A stretch of DNA of 64,000 nucleotides from an uncultured Gemmatimonadaceae bacterium (GTDB lineage Bacteria; Gemmatimonadota; Gemmatimonadetes; Gemmatimonadales; Gemmatimonadaceae), in contig CAWBOC010000002.1 of assembly GCA_963790305.1 (NCBI GenBank), forward strand, positions 1 to 64,000. Reading direction: 5' to 3'. Numbering within the stretch: position 1 is the first letter of the stretch; every line of letters begins with the position of its first letter. The notes beneath the pieces were generated by a model, which worked only from the letters and a program-made list of their open reading frames with translations, was not told the origin of the DNA and searched no databases. The position numbers and the translations under genes were made by a program. Shown in pieces: positions 20,810 through 30,475 of this stretch.

Positions 20810-20939
20810 AAGGGGTCAGGAGTCAGGGGTCAGGGATCAGGGGGTTTCAGGTTCGCGGTGTCAGGGTAACGCGCGAGCAGTTCCCCGCACCCTTCGCCCT
20901 GAAACCCCCTGATCCCTGACCCCTGACTCCTGACCCCTT
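20810..20939. repeat. GGGGTCA-unit palindrome with 42-bp perfect arms
   Basis: 20810-20851 is the exact reverse complement of 20898-20939, including the variant units. Confidence 0.95.
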
Positions 20940-20975
20940 TGTGACCCGCGACCGATCTCGCCGAGTCTCAAGACC

Positions 20976-21542
20976 GTGACGGACCGCACTGCCACCGCCG
21001 CTCCTGACGCCGTGCTGGTTCGGCGCGTGCTCGACGGCGACGTGGAGGCGTATGCCGTGCTCGTCGTGCGCTACCGCGGCCGGTACGTACGGTTCGCGAC
21101 GCACATGCTGGGCAGTGTCGAGGACGCCGAGGAGGCGTTGCAGGACGCGTTCGTGCGGGCTTACCGCTCCCTCGCGCGGTGCGAGGATCCCGAGCGCTTC
21201 GGCTCGTGGCTGTTTCGGATTCTGGTCAATCGGTGTCGCACGGCCGGTGCGCGTCGGGGACGACGGGAGCGCACGATCGTGCACGACGAGATCGCCCTTC
21301 GCGATGCCGCGGAGGACCATCCCGAGGAGAGCGTCGCGTGGCGAGAAGAGATCGGTCGCGCGCTCGAGCGTCTGCCCGTGGAGCAGCGGGAAGCTTTTCT
21401 GTTGAAGCATGTCGAGGATTTGAGCTACGAGGAAATCTCGGCCACGACCGGTGTCGGGGTCTCGGCGCTCAAGATGCGCGTGAAGCGCGCCTGCGATCGA
21501 TTGAGGGATCAGTTGAGGGAGGTCTACAGTGCACGAGAGTGA
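20976..21542 (+). CDS. ECF RNA polymerase sigma factor
   Basis: Region 2 DAEEALQDAFVRAY..FGSWLFRILVNRC; region 4 LPVEQREAFLLKHVEDLSYEEIS. Confidence 0.93.
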   Translation: MTDRTATAAPDAVLVRRVLDGDVEAYAVLVVRYRGRYVRFATHMLGSVEDAEEALQDAFVRAYRSLARCEDPERFGSWLFRILVNRCRTAGARRGRRERTIVHDEIALRDAAEDHPEESVAWREEIGRALERLPVEQREAFLLKHVEDLSYEEISATTGVGVSALKMRVKRACDRLRDQLREVYSARE

Positions 21543-22110
21543 TGAAATGATAGAGCGCGTAGCCATGACGCTGCGTCGAGAGGCGGTGGCCGTGTCACCG
21601 GACTTCGACGCGCGTGTGATGCAGCACGTGCGAGAGGCGTCCCGAGAGATCGCGAGTCCGGGGGTGTGGCGGTGGATGACCCGGTCCCGAACGATCAGGG
21701 TGTCACCGCTGGCTGGGTTGGCGCTCGCCGCCGGCCTCGCGGGTGTCGTGGCGCTGTCAGCGCGTCGCGGCGACATCGGGGGCCCAACCGCGGCGCCGGC
21801 GCCAACGGTCGCCGTGCTCGCCGCCGCCCCCTCCGAGCAGATGATGCAGTTCATCTTCGTGAATGATTCGGCTTCCAAAGTCGCCATTGTCGGCGACTTC
21901 AACGATTGGGACGAGGGGTCCTCCCTCTTGCGGCGCGTGAGCGAAAAGGGCGTGTGGATGATCACGATCCCGCTGGCGCCTGGCCGGTACCACTATACTT
22001 TCGTAGTAGACGGCACGACGTGGGTGCCCGACCCGGACGCGCCTCGAACGCTCGAGGATGATTTCGGGCGGCCGAATTCCGTGATTACCGTGGGAGACGC
22101 GACCACATGA
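21529..22110 (+). CDS. Putative membrane anti-sigma factor with C-terminal CBM48/AMPK-type glycogen-binding domain
   Basis: Short N-terminal domain (SPDFDARVM), one TM helix, then VGDFNDW..GVW..LAPGRYHYTFVVDG..WVPDP..DDFG..NSV. Confidence 0.8.
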   Translation: MHESDEMIERVAMTLRREAVAVSPDFDARVMQHVREASREIASPGVWRWMTRSRTIRVSPLAGLALAAGLAGVVALSARRGDIGGPTAAPAPTVAVLAAAPSEQMMQFIFVNDSASKVAIVGDFNDWDEGSSLLRRVSEKGVWMITIPLAPGRYHYTFVVDGTTWVPDPDAPRTLEDDFGRPNSVITVGDATT

Positions 22111-22757
22111 AGCGATTCGGGCCGGCTGTATTGGTGCTCGCGCTCGTGGCGGGACGCGTCGACGCGCAGGATTCGCGGCTGGCGCGCCTCGATCGCCGGG
22201 TGCAGACTGAAGTCACGGCGCTGGTCGACTCCGCGCGCAGCATGGGAATTCCGAGCGAGCCGGTGGTCGACAAGGCGCTGGAGGGGGCGGCGAAGCGTGC
22301 ACCAAACGACCGCATCATCAACGTGGTTCGATCGCGATTCCGCGAGCTCGTCGCGGCGCGGGGCGCGCTCGGCAGCGGGGCGCTCGACGCCGAGATCATC
22401 GCGGCGGCGGATGCATTGCACGCCGGAGCGAGTGCCCAGGTGATCACGTCGCTTCGGACCCGGCGTCCCAACGCCCCGTTGACGATCCCGCTGGCGGTTC
22501 TCGCCGATTTGATCGCCCGAGGCGTACCCGCGGACACGGCGTCGTCGGCAATATTGGCGCTGGCGACGAAGCCGGCGACCGACGCCGAGTTCGCCGACCT
22601 GCGCGACGACATCGAGCGTGACATCGCGAAAGGGGTCCCTCCCGCGATTACCACCGTGGTGAGGACACGGGGAGTTCCGCCGGGCGCTCGCATTCCGATC
22701 GCGACCGACGCCTCGACACCCGGTGTCGGTACCACGTCAGCCAGCCCCAAACCGTAG
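22107..22757 (+). CDS. exported alpha-helical hypothetical protein
   Basis: Signal peptide ending VDA-Q; ATGA coupling to the upstream gene. Confidence 0.75.
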   Translation: MKRFGPAVLVLALVAGRVDAQDSRLARLDRRVQTEVTALVDSARSMGIPSEPVVDKALEGAAKRAPNDRIINVVRSRFRELVAARGALGSGALDAEIIAAADALHAGASAQVITSLRTRRPNAPLTIPLAVLADLIARGVPADTASSAILALATKPATDAEFADLRDDIERDIAKGVPPAITTVVRTRGVPPGARIPIATDASTPGVGTTSASPKP

Positions 22758-22765
22758 CGACCTCC

Positions 22766-23947
22766 ATGCCCCGTCGTCACCTGACGCTCGCCCCGCTCCT
22801 GTTCACGGCGCTCGCCGCCGGAGCGGCGCGTGCGCAGGTGGTCGGCACGTTAGGCGCCGGCACCGGTCGCATCACGTACGACGACATGGCGCGGATGACC
22901 GTCGTCAGCCTCACTCCCGCCGTGATGTTCGAAGGGGAGCGCACGACCGTGTCTGGCACCGCCTCGTTCACGCGATTCGACGGAGGCATCTGGAGCGCGC
23001 AAGCGCTCGCCGCCGGCTCCCGTTTCACCGAGGCGCGCGGCCTCTTCCGCGGTGAGCTCTCCGCGCAGATGGAGCTGAACTCTCATCGTGGCACGATGCG
23101 CACGGCGCAGGCGATTGCGCAGGGACGAGGGCATCTCGTCGGCGGCGGTGATCGTGGGCTCTGGCTCGGCGCGGGGGCGGGGCATGCGTGGCGATCGCCC
23201 GATGGCGGCGCGCTGCTGCGTGCCGACGTAGGCGCGTGGGCGCAACTGGGCGACGCGACCCTGCGACTCACCGCGGCGCACAACACCGTGCAGACGAGCA
23301 CCCGCATCGTGACGGCCGCACCGAACATGGCCGCCGAGGTCGTCGACACGCGCAGCGCGTCGGTGTCGAAGGAGACGAGGCGCTACGTCGACGCGGAAGC
23401 GCACATGTCGTGGTCTCGTGCGCGGGTGGCGGTCGACGCCGCCGCGGGCCGTCGCATGGTGCGAGAGGGCGGACATACGAATACCTGGCTGCTCGGCGGA
23501 AGCGTGATGGTGACGGAGCGGTTCGCGCTGGTGGGCTCCACGGGAACCAGCGCGTTCGACATCGCCCAGGGGCTTCCCGGCGGTCGGTACGCCTCGATCG
23601 CGCTTCGCATTACGACGCGTGCGGGAGGGCCCCTCGAGCTGCGCTCACGCACGCGGGCCACGGCGCGCGGGATGGAGACGTGGCGGGAGCAGGACGGGAC
23701 GGTCCTGCTCGTCGTGCACGCGCCTCGGGCGCGGCGGGTGGAGCTGATGGGCGACTTCACCGACTGGCGCCCGCTCGTGATGCGGCGCGAGGCCGACGAC
23801 CACTTCGCGGCGCGGATACGGCTCCCGGCGGGCAGCTACCGCATCAACGTGCGCGTCGACGGAGGCACCTGGATCGCGCCGCCGGGGACGACACAGGTGG
23901 CCGACGAGTACAACGGCGCGGCGGGACTGCTCGTCATCGGCACCTGA
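22766..23947 (+). CDS. Predicted outer-membrane beta-barrel protein with C-terminal CBM48-like glycogen-binding domain
   Basis: Signal peptide, amphipathic beta-strand pattern, C-terminal RVELMGDFTDW..LPAGSYRINVRVDGGTW..PP..DEYNG. Confidence 0.75.
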   Translation: MPRRHLTLAPLLFTALAAGAARAQVVGTLGAGTGRITYDDMARMTVVSLTPAVMFEGERTTVSGTASFTRFDGGIWSAQALAAGSRFTEARGLFRGELSAQMELNSHRGTMRTAQAIAQGRGHLVGGGDRGLWLGAGAGHAWRSPDGGALLRADVGAWAQLGDATLRLTAAHNTVQTSTRIVTAAPNMAAEVVDTRSASVSKETRRYVDAEAHMSWSRARVAVDAAAGRRMVREGGHTNTWLLGGSVMVTERFALVGSTGTSAFDIAQGLPGGRYASIALRITTRAGGPLELRSRTRATARGMETWREQDGTVLLVVHAPRARRVELMGDFTDWRPLVMRREADDHFAARIRLPAGSYRINVRVDGGTWIAPPGTTQVADEYNGAAGLLVIGT

Positions 23948-24397
23948 TCACGGTGTGATCGTGAAGGTCTCCGCCAGGTAGACCTCCTCATCGTCGACCG
24001 CGTTCTCGATCCAATCGATGGAGATCTCCGCCGGATACCCGTAGCTCGGGTCGAAAACGGCGTCGAACTCATCGGCATCGTCCGCCGCCTCCTCGACGAT
24101 CGCGAACAGACCAGGCACGTCGGGATAGTAGCTCGCGTACACCGCGGGCACGGGATCGCCGGTGGACACCACGGTCCGTGAGACGATCACGCCGTCCACC
24201 ACTTTCACGCGGACCGGCTCGACGAAGCCGCAAAAGCACAGGCGCCGGACGGTCAGCTCGTAGCTATCGACCCCGCTGCTCGCCCAACGCGCGCGTGCGG
24301 CTCGCAGCGAAGCCACGAATCGCGTACTGGAGAGGAACCCATCGCCGCATGCGATGAACACGAGCAGCGCAGCGGCGAGAAATGTGCGTTGGCGCAT
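23948..24397 (-). CDS. DUF6174-like lipoprotein
   Basis: Lipobox FIAC; ARARW..SY..CFC..V.V.DG..FDPSYGYP..DDE pattern. Confidence 0.7.
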   Translation of the reverse strand: MRQRTFLAAALLVFIACGDGFLSSTRFVASLRAARARWASSGVDSYELTVRRLCFCGFVEPVRVKVVDGVIVSRTVVSTGDPVPAVYASYYPDVPGLFAIVEEAADDADEFDAVFDPSYGYPAEISIDWIENAVDDEEVYLAETFTITP

Positions 24398-24521
24398 GAG
24401 GCCTCGAACGAGATGGCTCGACGGGGTAGACCCCGGACGCGTGGGTGAGGTCACGGTCGCCTAGACCGTCCACCCGACGGGGCTATATTCCGCCGACCGC
24501 GGCCGATTCCCATGAGGTGTC

Positions 24522-25451
24522 ATGCTCCGTCAGGCATTCCTGTATCTGTCGAACCAGCAGAAGATCTTTCGATTCGTTCGCAACAACCGATTCGCCAAGC
24601 GGCTCGCCCAGCGATTCGTGGCCGGAGAGACACTCGAGGAAGCGATTCGCGCCGTCGAGCCGCTCAACAAGAAGGGCATCACGACGTCGCTCGATCTCCT
24701 CGGCGAGAGCGTTCACACCGAGCGCGAGGCGCAAGCGGCGACGCGCGAGATTCTCACCATGCTCGACCGCATCAACGAGCGACGCGTGCAGGCGAATGTC
24801 TCGTTGAAGCTGACGCAGATGGGGCTCGACATCTCCGAGGAGCTGTGCGTCGCGCTCATGCACGACGTCGTCGGCCGGGCCCGGGACCTGCGCACCTTCA
24901 TTCGCATCGACATGGAGGACAGCACGTACACGGAGCGGACGCTGCGTCTGTTCGAGGACCGGCTGCATCCGTCGTACGGCGATCACGTGGGCATCGTACT
25001 CCAGAGCTATCTCTATCGCACGCTCGCCGACGTCGAGCGGGCGATCGCCATCAAGGCGCGCGTGCGGCTCTGCAAGGGTGCATACAAGGAGCCAGCGACC
25101 GTCGCGTATCCGGAGAAGGCGGACGTCGACGCCAACTACGTTCGATGCATGCACAAGCTGCTCTCCGAGGGAAACTATCCGGCACTGGCCACGCACGACG
25201 ACCGCATCATCAAGGAAGCCAAGCGATACGTGCGTGCGAACGGCATTGGGGCGGAGCGCTTCGAGTTCCAGATGCTCTACGGCGTGCGCCGCGATCTCCA
25301 GGAGCGGCTGGTGCGCGAGGGGTGGCGAGTGCGCGTGTACGTTCCATTCGGGACGCAGTGGTACCCGTATCTCATGCGCCGGCTGGCGGAGCGCCCGTCG
25401 AACATTGCGTTCATCACGGGGAACGTGGTGAGGGAGATGATCGGGCGATGA
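24522..25451 (+). CDS. Monofunctional proline dehydrogenase
   Basis: RFVAGE, LDLLGE, SLKLTQ, RIDME, RLCKGAY, ATHD, QMLYG, YVPFG..YLMRRLAERP. Confidence 0.95.
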   Translation: MLRQAFLYLSNQQKIFRFVRNNRFAKRLAQRFVAGETLEEAIRAVEPLNKKGITTSLDLLGESVHTEREAQAATREILTMLDRINERRVQANVSLKLTQMGLDISEELCVALMHDVVGRARDLRTFIRIDMEDSTYTERTLRLFEDRLHPSYGDHVGIVLQSYLYRTLADVERAIAIKARVRLCKGAYKEPATVAYPEKADVDANYVRCMHKLLSEGNYPALATHDDRIIKEAKRYVRANGIGAERFEFQMLYGVRRDLQERLVREGWRVRVYVPFGTQWYPYLMRRLAERPSNIAFITGNVVREMIGR

Positions 25452-25460
25452 GGCTGACGC

Positions 25461-25563
25461 GAATGCGGAATGCGGAATGCGGAAGCTGTGACGCCGGGGT
25501 GCTACCGTGGGCGATGGACGCTTCATTCTCCTTCACGAATCCGCATTCCGAATTCCGTATTCG
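25461..25563. repeat. AATGCGG-unit inverted repeat
   Basis: (AATGCGG)x3 ... CCGCATTCCGAATTCCGTATTC. Confidence 0.85.
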
Positions 25564-25571
25564 CGGTTAGC

Positions 25572-25967
25572 ATGGGCCGTTTCCTCCCTCCCGATCACTC
25601 GAAAGGCGACGAGCACACCCTCGGCGGATACATGGCGGTGCATGCACGCCCTGCGGCATTCGAGGGAATGGATGGCGCATCGTATTCGGCCGACATTGCG
25701 GTCAATGAGACGGGCGATGCGGAGGCGCCGGTGGGGGCGTATCTCATCTTTCTGCGGTGGGGAGCGGGGGATCCGCGCGTCGTCGGACACCTCGAAAGCG
25801 ATTTTCTCGCCCGTGCGCGCTCCGAGGACGAGGCGCGAGCGCAGGTCGGTGCACTGTCACTGACCGAGACGAAGCGCCTGCTCGATGATCTGATCCGATC
25901 GTCGCGGCCGGCGGCCGCGGAACGGCCCTGGTGGGATGCCATGCGCGAGGAGAACGAAGACCCGTGA
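25572..25967 (+). CDS. hypothetical protein coupled to rsgA
   Basis: TLGGYMAVHARPAAFEGMDG..GHLESDFL; GTGA overlap with rsgA. Confidence 0.7.
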   Translation: MGRFLPPDHSKGDEHTLGGYMAVHARPAAFEGMDGASYSADIAVNETGDAEAPVGAYLIFLRWGAGDPRVVGHLESDFLARARSEDEARAQVGALSLTETKRLLDDLIRSSRPAAAERPWWDAMREENEDP

Positions 25968-26887
25968 GCGCCGCTCGCCGCGCCCAGGGGATCGTGCTTC
26001 GAGGAACGGGGGGTGTGTGGCAGGTGCGCACGGAGACAGGAGAGACGTATCCTGCCTCGCTCCGTGGTCGGCTCAAGCAGGGCGAGCACGAGAAGCTCGC
26101 CGTTGGCGACGACGTCGTCGTCGAATGCGTCGAGCGCGACGATGCGTGGTCGATCGTCGAGATCCTCCCGCGCCGCTCGAAGCTCGCGCGCCGCGCACCC
26201 GGGGGAGGACCCGGCGAGCGCGTCGTCGCGGCAAATCTGGATCAGGTCGTCGTCGTCTTCGCCATTGCCGAGCCGGAGCCGCACGTCCGCATGCTCGACC
26301 GGTTTCTCGTCATCGCCGAGGCAAACGACCTGGCGTCACGGGTGGTGGTGAACAAGGTCGAGCTCGCTCCTAACGAGACTCATCTCTTTAGCGAGTACGA
26401 GAAGATCGGGTACCCGGTGCACTACACGAGCGTGAAGCGCGGCGACGGCCTCCCGGAGCTCAAGGACGCGCTGCGGGGTCGCGTGTCGGCATTGACCGGC
26501 CCATCGGGCGTAGGAAAATCGTCGCTTCTCAACGCGATGTTCCCGGGCCTCAATCTCCGCGTCGGCGAGATCAGCCGGTCGGTGATGAAGGGACGTCATA
26601 CGACGGTCGGTGCCGACCTTCATCCGCTGCCCGAGGCCGGGTACGTGGTCGACACGCCCGGATTGCGTGAGGTCGGTATGTGGGGCCTGGACGCGCGCGG
26701 GCTCGATCGCTGCTTCCCCGAGATGCGTCGGGTGCTCGAGCAATGCCGCTTCGGCGACTGCACGCACCGCGTGGAGCCGGGATGCGGGGTGCGCGCCGGG
26801 GTGGAGAGCGGGGACGTGTCGCGGGAGCGGTACGAGTCCTATCTCAAGCTGAGAAAGGAACTAGAAGAGGTGACGCGCGAGTTCTAG
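25964..26887 (+). CDS. rsgA: Ribosome small subunit-dependent GTPase A
   Basis: OB fold, NKVE, GPSGVGKSS, GRHTT, DTPG, CRFGDCTHRVEPGC zinc finger. Confidence 0.95.
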   Translation: MSAARRAQGIVLRGTGGVWQVRTETGETYPASLRGRLKQGEHEKLAVGDDVVVECVERDDAWSIVEILPRRSKLARRAPGGGPGERVVAANLDQVVVVFAIAEPEPHVRMLDRFLVIAEANDLASRVVVNKVELAPNETHLFSEYEKIGYPVHYTSVKRGDGLPELKDALRGRVSALTGPSGVGKSSLLNAMFPGLNLRVGEISRSVMKGRHTTVGADLHPLPEAGYVVDTPGLREVGMWGLDARGLDRCFPEMRRVLEQCRFGDCTHRVEPGCGVRAGVESGDVSRERYESYLKLRKELEEVTREF

Positions 26888-26890
26888 CAC

Positions 26891-26987
26891 CCGCAGACGT
26901 CAGGGGTCAGCGGTCAGAAACTTCGCTGCGCAGGCAGTGGTGGTTGCTGACACCTGACCCCTGAGGTCTGACGCCTGACGTCTGCGG
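26891..26987. repeat. GGGGTCA/CTGACCC-unit inverted repeat
   Basis: CCGCAGACGTCAGG/CCTGACGTCTGCGG 14-bp perfect outer stem plus further GTCAG/CTGAC units; between convergent genes. Confidence 0.85.
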
Positions 26988-26995
26988 AAGCTGAT

Positions 26996-27739
26996 CTACC
27001 AACTCCCGCGTTCGCCGGCTACCTCAATAACCCGACCGAGTCTCTCCGCTGCGTGCCGCCAGTTCGTCTGCACTGCATGCTGCGCGGCATCGGCATCGCC
27101 GTCGCGAATGGCGCGGATGATCACCTCGTGCTCATCGACCGATGGGCGGATGTCGCCGACCAGTAGGCTGATGTACATGCGGATGTAGCGCTCCGCCTGC
27201 GGCTTCACCGCCTCGTGCAGCGATCGCAGGCGTGCACCCGCTCCATGTTCGACGAGGCGCTGGTGAAAGGCTTCATCGAAGTCGTACACGCGGTTGTGGT
27301 CGGTGGGATTCGCCTCGGCGGCGTGGCGGAAATCGGCATTGAGCACGCGAAGCGAACGCGCGAGAGCGGCGCGATCACCGGCCGTTCGCTCGGCGGCCCC
27401 GAACGCGGCGAGGCCCTCGAGCGTCCCGACGATGTTGAGGAGCTCGCGCACGTCCTGCTTGGTGAGCGGAGCGACCGTGAGACGCGACTGGTGCGCGAGC
27501 GGTGCGCCGACGACGTAGCCCTCCTGCTGGAGTCGTTGCAGCGCCTCGCGCACGGGGGTGCGTGAGACGCCGAGTCGTTCCGCGATGTCGGTTTCGATGA
27601 TGCGGCTTCCCGGCGCGAGCTTGCCCTGGACAATGAGCGCACGCAGTTGGCCGTAGACCTGAGTCGGTCGGCCGGCGCGGGCGCTAGTGGACGAGGCCGT
27701 TCGGCGTGCAGGGGCCCGGCGGCGGGAGGTGGGGCTCAC
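26996..27739 (-). CDS. GntR-family transcriptional regulator (FCD domain)
   Basis: LAPGSRIIE..LGVSRTPVREAL HTH; DEAFH and EH FCD motifs; GTG start assumed. Confidence 0.9.
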   Translation of the reverse strand: MSPTSRRRAPARRTASSTSARAGRPTQVYGQLRALIVQGKLAPGSRIIETDIAERLGVSRTPVREALQRLQQEGYVVGAPLAHQSRLTVAPLTKQDVRELLNIVGTLEGLAAFGAAERTAGDRAALARSLRVLNADFRHAAEANPTDHNRVYDFDEAFHQRLVEHGAGARLRSLHEAVKPQAERYIRMYISLLVGDIRPSVDEHEVIIRAIRDGDADAAQHAVQTNWRHAAERLGRVIEVAGERGSW

Positions 27740-27827
27740 GCCCGAATAGATGTCGGGACGGGACGACAGCCACAAGGTCGGGAGGAAACCCTTGCGAAGG
27801 TTTCGGAGCGGTTTATCTTGGGCGTAC

Positions 27828-27843
27828 TTTTTGTATACAAAAA
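27828..27843. promoter_or_regulatory. Putative GntR operator palindrome
   Basis: Perfect 16-bp palindrome TTTTTGTATACAAAAA in an AT-rich patch between divergent GntR and permease genes. Confidence 0.7.
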
Positions 27844-27870
27844 CGTATGCAATAACCGCCAGGGATTCCC

Positions 27871-29334
27871 ATGACCTTGATGACGAAAAAACCGCTCGCG
27901 GCGCTGATGGCCGACGCCGAGGCGACGCCACTCCGGCGTGTGCTCGGCCCCGTGCACCTGACGATGCTCGGCATCGGCGCCATCATCGGCAGCGGCATCT
28001 TCGTGCTCACCGGCGTCGTCGCCGCCCAGAATGCCGGACCGGCGCTCGTGCTCTCGATGATCCTGGCCGGTGTGGCGTGCGCCTTCGCCGGGCTCTGCTA
28101 CGCGGAATTCGCGAGCATGATTCCCGTCGCCGGGAGCGCGTACACCTACGCGTACGCGACGCTCGGCGAAATCTTCGCCTGGATCATCGGCTGGGATCTC
28201 ATCCTCGAGTACTCGTTGAGTGCTTCGACGGTCGCGGTCGGCTGGTCGGGCCTCGTCGTCTCACTGCTCAACGACTTCGGACTTGCGCTGCCGCCCCAGC
28301 TCACCGCGGCGACGGGCTCGACTGTCGCCCTCGCCGATGGCAGCACCGTAACCGCGTTGTTCAACCTGCCGGCGGTATTCGTGGTGCTGGCCGTTACTGC
28401 CCTGCTCGTCGTGGGCATCCGTGAATCGGCGGGCGCAAACGCGGCGATCGTCATCGTGAAGGTGCTCGTCCTGCTGCTCTTCATCGGGTTCGGCGCGGCG
28501 TACGTGCAGCCCGACAACTGGAAGCCGTTCATCCCCGAAAACACGGGAACGTTCGGTGAGTTCGGCTGGAGCGGCATCCTGCGCGGCGCGGGGATCATCT
28601 TCTTTGCCTACATCGGCTTCGACGCGGTTTCGACCGCGGCGCAGGAAGCGAAGAATCCACAGCGCGATCTGCCGATCGGCATTCTGGCGTCGCTCGCCGT
28701 GTGCACGGTGCTCTTCATCGCCACCGCGCTCGTCCTCACCGGCATCATCCCGTACACGAGGCTCAACGTCGCCGCACCGGTGGCCCTCGCGGTCGACGAG
28801 ACGGGACTCGGATGGCTGCGTCCACTGATCAAGCTGGGCGCGATCGCAGGTCTCTCGAGCGTGATCCTCGTGCTGCTGATGGCGCAGCCGCGCATCTTCA
28901 TGGCGATGAGTCGCGATGGACTGCTGCCGCCGCTGTTCTCCCGCATTCATGCGCGCTTCCGCACACCGGCCATCACGACGGTCCTCACCGGATCAGTGGT
29001 CGCCGTCGCCGCTGGTCTCGTCCCGATCGGCGTGTTGAGTCAGCTGGTCGCGATGGGCACCCTGCTCGCTTTCGCGATCGTGTGCGCGGCGATCCTCGTG
29101 CTGCGACACACATCGCCCGAGCTGCCGCGGCCCTTCCGCACTCCCGGCTCCCCATGGGTGCCCCTCGCCGGCGTCGCGTCGTGCCTCTATCTCATGTCCG
29201 GTCTCCCGCTCGCGACGTGGGAGCGGCTCGTCATCTGGCTGGCGATCGGACTGGCGATCTACTTCGCGTATAGCCGAGCGCGTGCGGCGCGGGTGCGGTT
29301 ACGGGTCGGTACTGCCACGAGCACGACTGCATGA
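27871..29334 (+). CDS. APC-family amino acid permease
   Basis: GAIIGSGIF, CYAEFASMIPVAGSAYTY, FFAYIGFDAVSTAAQEAKNP; about 12 TM helices. Confidence 0.93.
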   Translation: MTLMTKKPLAALMADAEATPLRRVLGPVHLTMLGIGAIIGSGIFVLTGVVAAQNAGPALVLSMILAGVACAFAGLCYAEFASMIPVAGSAYTYAYATLGEIFAWIIGWDLILEYSLSASTVAVGWSGLVVSLLNDFGLALPPQLTAATGSTVALADGSTVTALFNLPAVFVVLAVTALLVVGIRESAGANAAIVIVKVLVLLLFIGFGAAYVQPDNWKPFIPENTGTFGEFGWSGILRGAGIIFFAYIGFDAVSTAAQEAKNPQRDLPIGILASLAVCTVLFIATALVLTGIIPYTRLNVAAPVALAVDETGLGWLRPLIKLGAIAGLSSVILVLLMAQPRIFMAMSRDGLLPPLFSRIHARFRTPAITTVLTGSVVAVAAGLVPIGVLSQLVAMGTLLAFAIVCAAILVLRHTSPELPRPFRTPGSPWVPLAGVASCLYLMSGLPLATWERLVIWLAIGLAIYFAYSRARAARVRLRVGTATSTTA

Positions 29335-29426
29335 CCACAGAGGCACGGAGGGCACAGAGGAAACCCGCACTGCAAGCGCCCGTAGTGCGAGTTTCCTCTG
29401 TGCCCTCCGTGCCTCTGTGGTCATGC
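29329..29426. repeat. CACAGAGG-unit palindrome with 36-bp perfect arms
   Basis: 29329-29364 is the reverse complement of 29391-29426; left arm contains the permease TGA. Confidence 0.95.
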
Positions 29427-29450
29427 CCTCATGGCTCGTTGCGCAAAAAC

Positions 29451-30412
29451 CTATCTCACCCTCCGCAGCGCCGCCTTGACCTCGCTCCTCGTCGGCTCGG
29501 CAATCAGACTCGCCTCGAACTCGCGCTTCGCCTTTTCACGATCCCCCATGCGCTCGTAGACGAGACCGAGCCGGTAGTGCGCCGAGGAGCGCGGCGGATC
29601 GCCCTCGTGCGGGTCGTAGGCGAGGTAGCGCTGAAGCGCGCTCACCGCTTCGGGCAGGTGCTGGCCTGAGAGGCTCGCGGCGCGGCCGTAGTAGTAGTAC
29701 GCCGGCATCGCATCGGGATGACGCTCGATGACGTCGTCCATGAGAGCGAATGAGCTGTCGAAGCGAGCGCCGCGCTGCCACAGCTGCGCCAGTCCCCAGT
29801 ACGATATGAGGCTATCAGGAGCGCGGGTGATCGCGTCGCGATACTCGCGCGCCGCCTGGTCGTAGTCCTTTCTGTCCTCAGCGATCCAGGCTCGCGCCAG
29901 CGCCCCGCGAAAGGGGCTGCGCTTCTCCATCTCCGCGGCGTGCGCGCGTGCCTTCGACGCGCTCCCCCCACCAGACCCGGGGCCAGGAGGTAGAACTGGA
30001 TGAGGCCCGAGCGTGCTTCGACGCTCGTGGGATCGAGCTCGACCGCGCGCTCCAGCGCGGCGCGCGCGCGCTTCGCGAGCCCGAACTTCTTCGTCATCCC
30101 GGAGCGAACGGCCAGCTGACCGTAGGCGCTTCCGAGCAGGATCTGATGCTCAGCGGCAGTCGGCTCGAGCCGGGCGGCCTGGTCCAGATGCGTGATGGCA
30201 CCCTGGAAATCCGTCTCGTGCATAGCGATACGCCCGAGGTAATGATGGGCGCGCGCGTCGTTCGGATTCTCGCGGACCGCGGCCTCGAGCTCGCGGCGCG
30301 CGTCAGCGTACCGATGGGCGTTGAATGCCGCGACGCCTCCGTCGCCGTTCTGCGCGGACGCGCTCGCCGCGAGCGTGAACAGGATCCCCGCGACAAATCG
30401 CAGTCCGTACAT
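29451..30412 (-). CDS. Exported TPR-repeat protein (frameshift in a G homopolymer at about 29965)
   Basis: Signal peptide; TPR repeats in both frames; FYLLAPGLVGG junction. Confidence 0.8.
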
Positions 30413-30475
30413 GGGTCCTCCAGCGGAAAGCTGAAGGAGACAATTGCATCATCGGGACCAGCGAGCCCCGAACGG

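Noticed and set aside
25470..25571. ORFs or N-terminal extensions reading MRNAE/FRIPHS, TTEAQR or ADYADSAD
   Set aside because: These are translations of the intergenic repeat units, not evidence of proteins.
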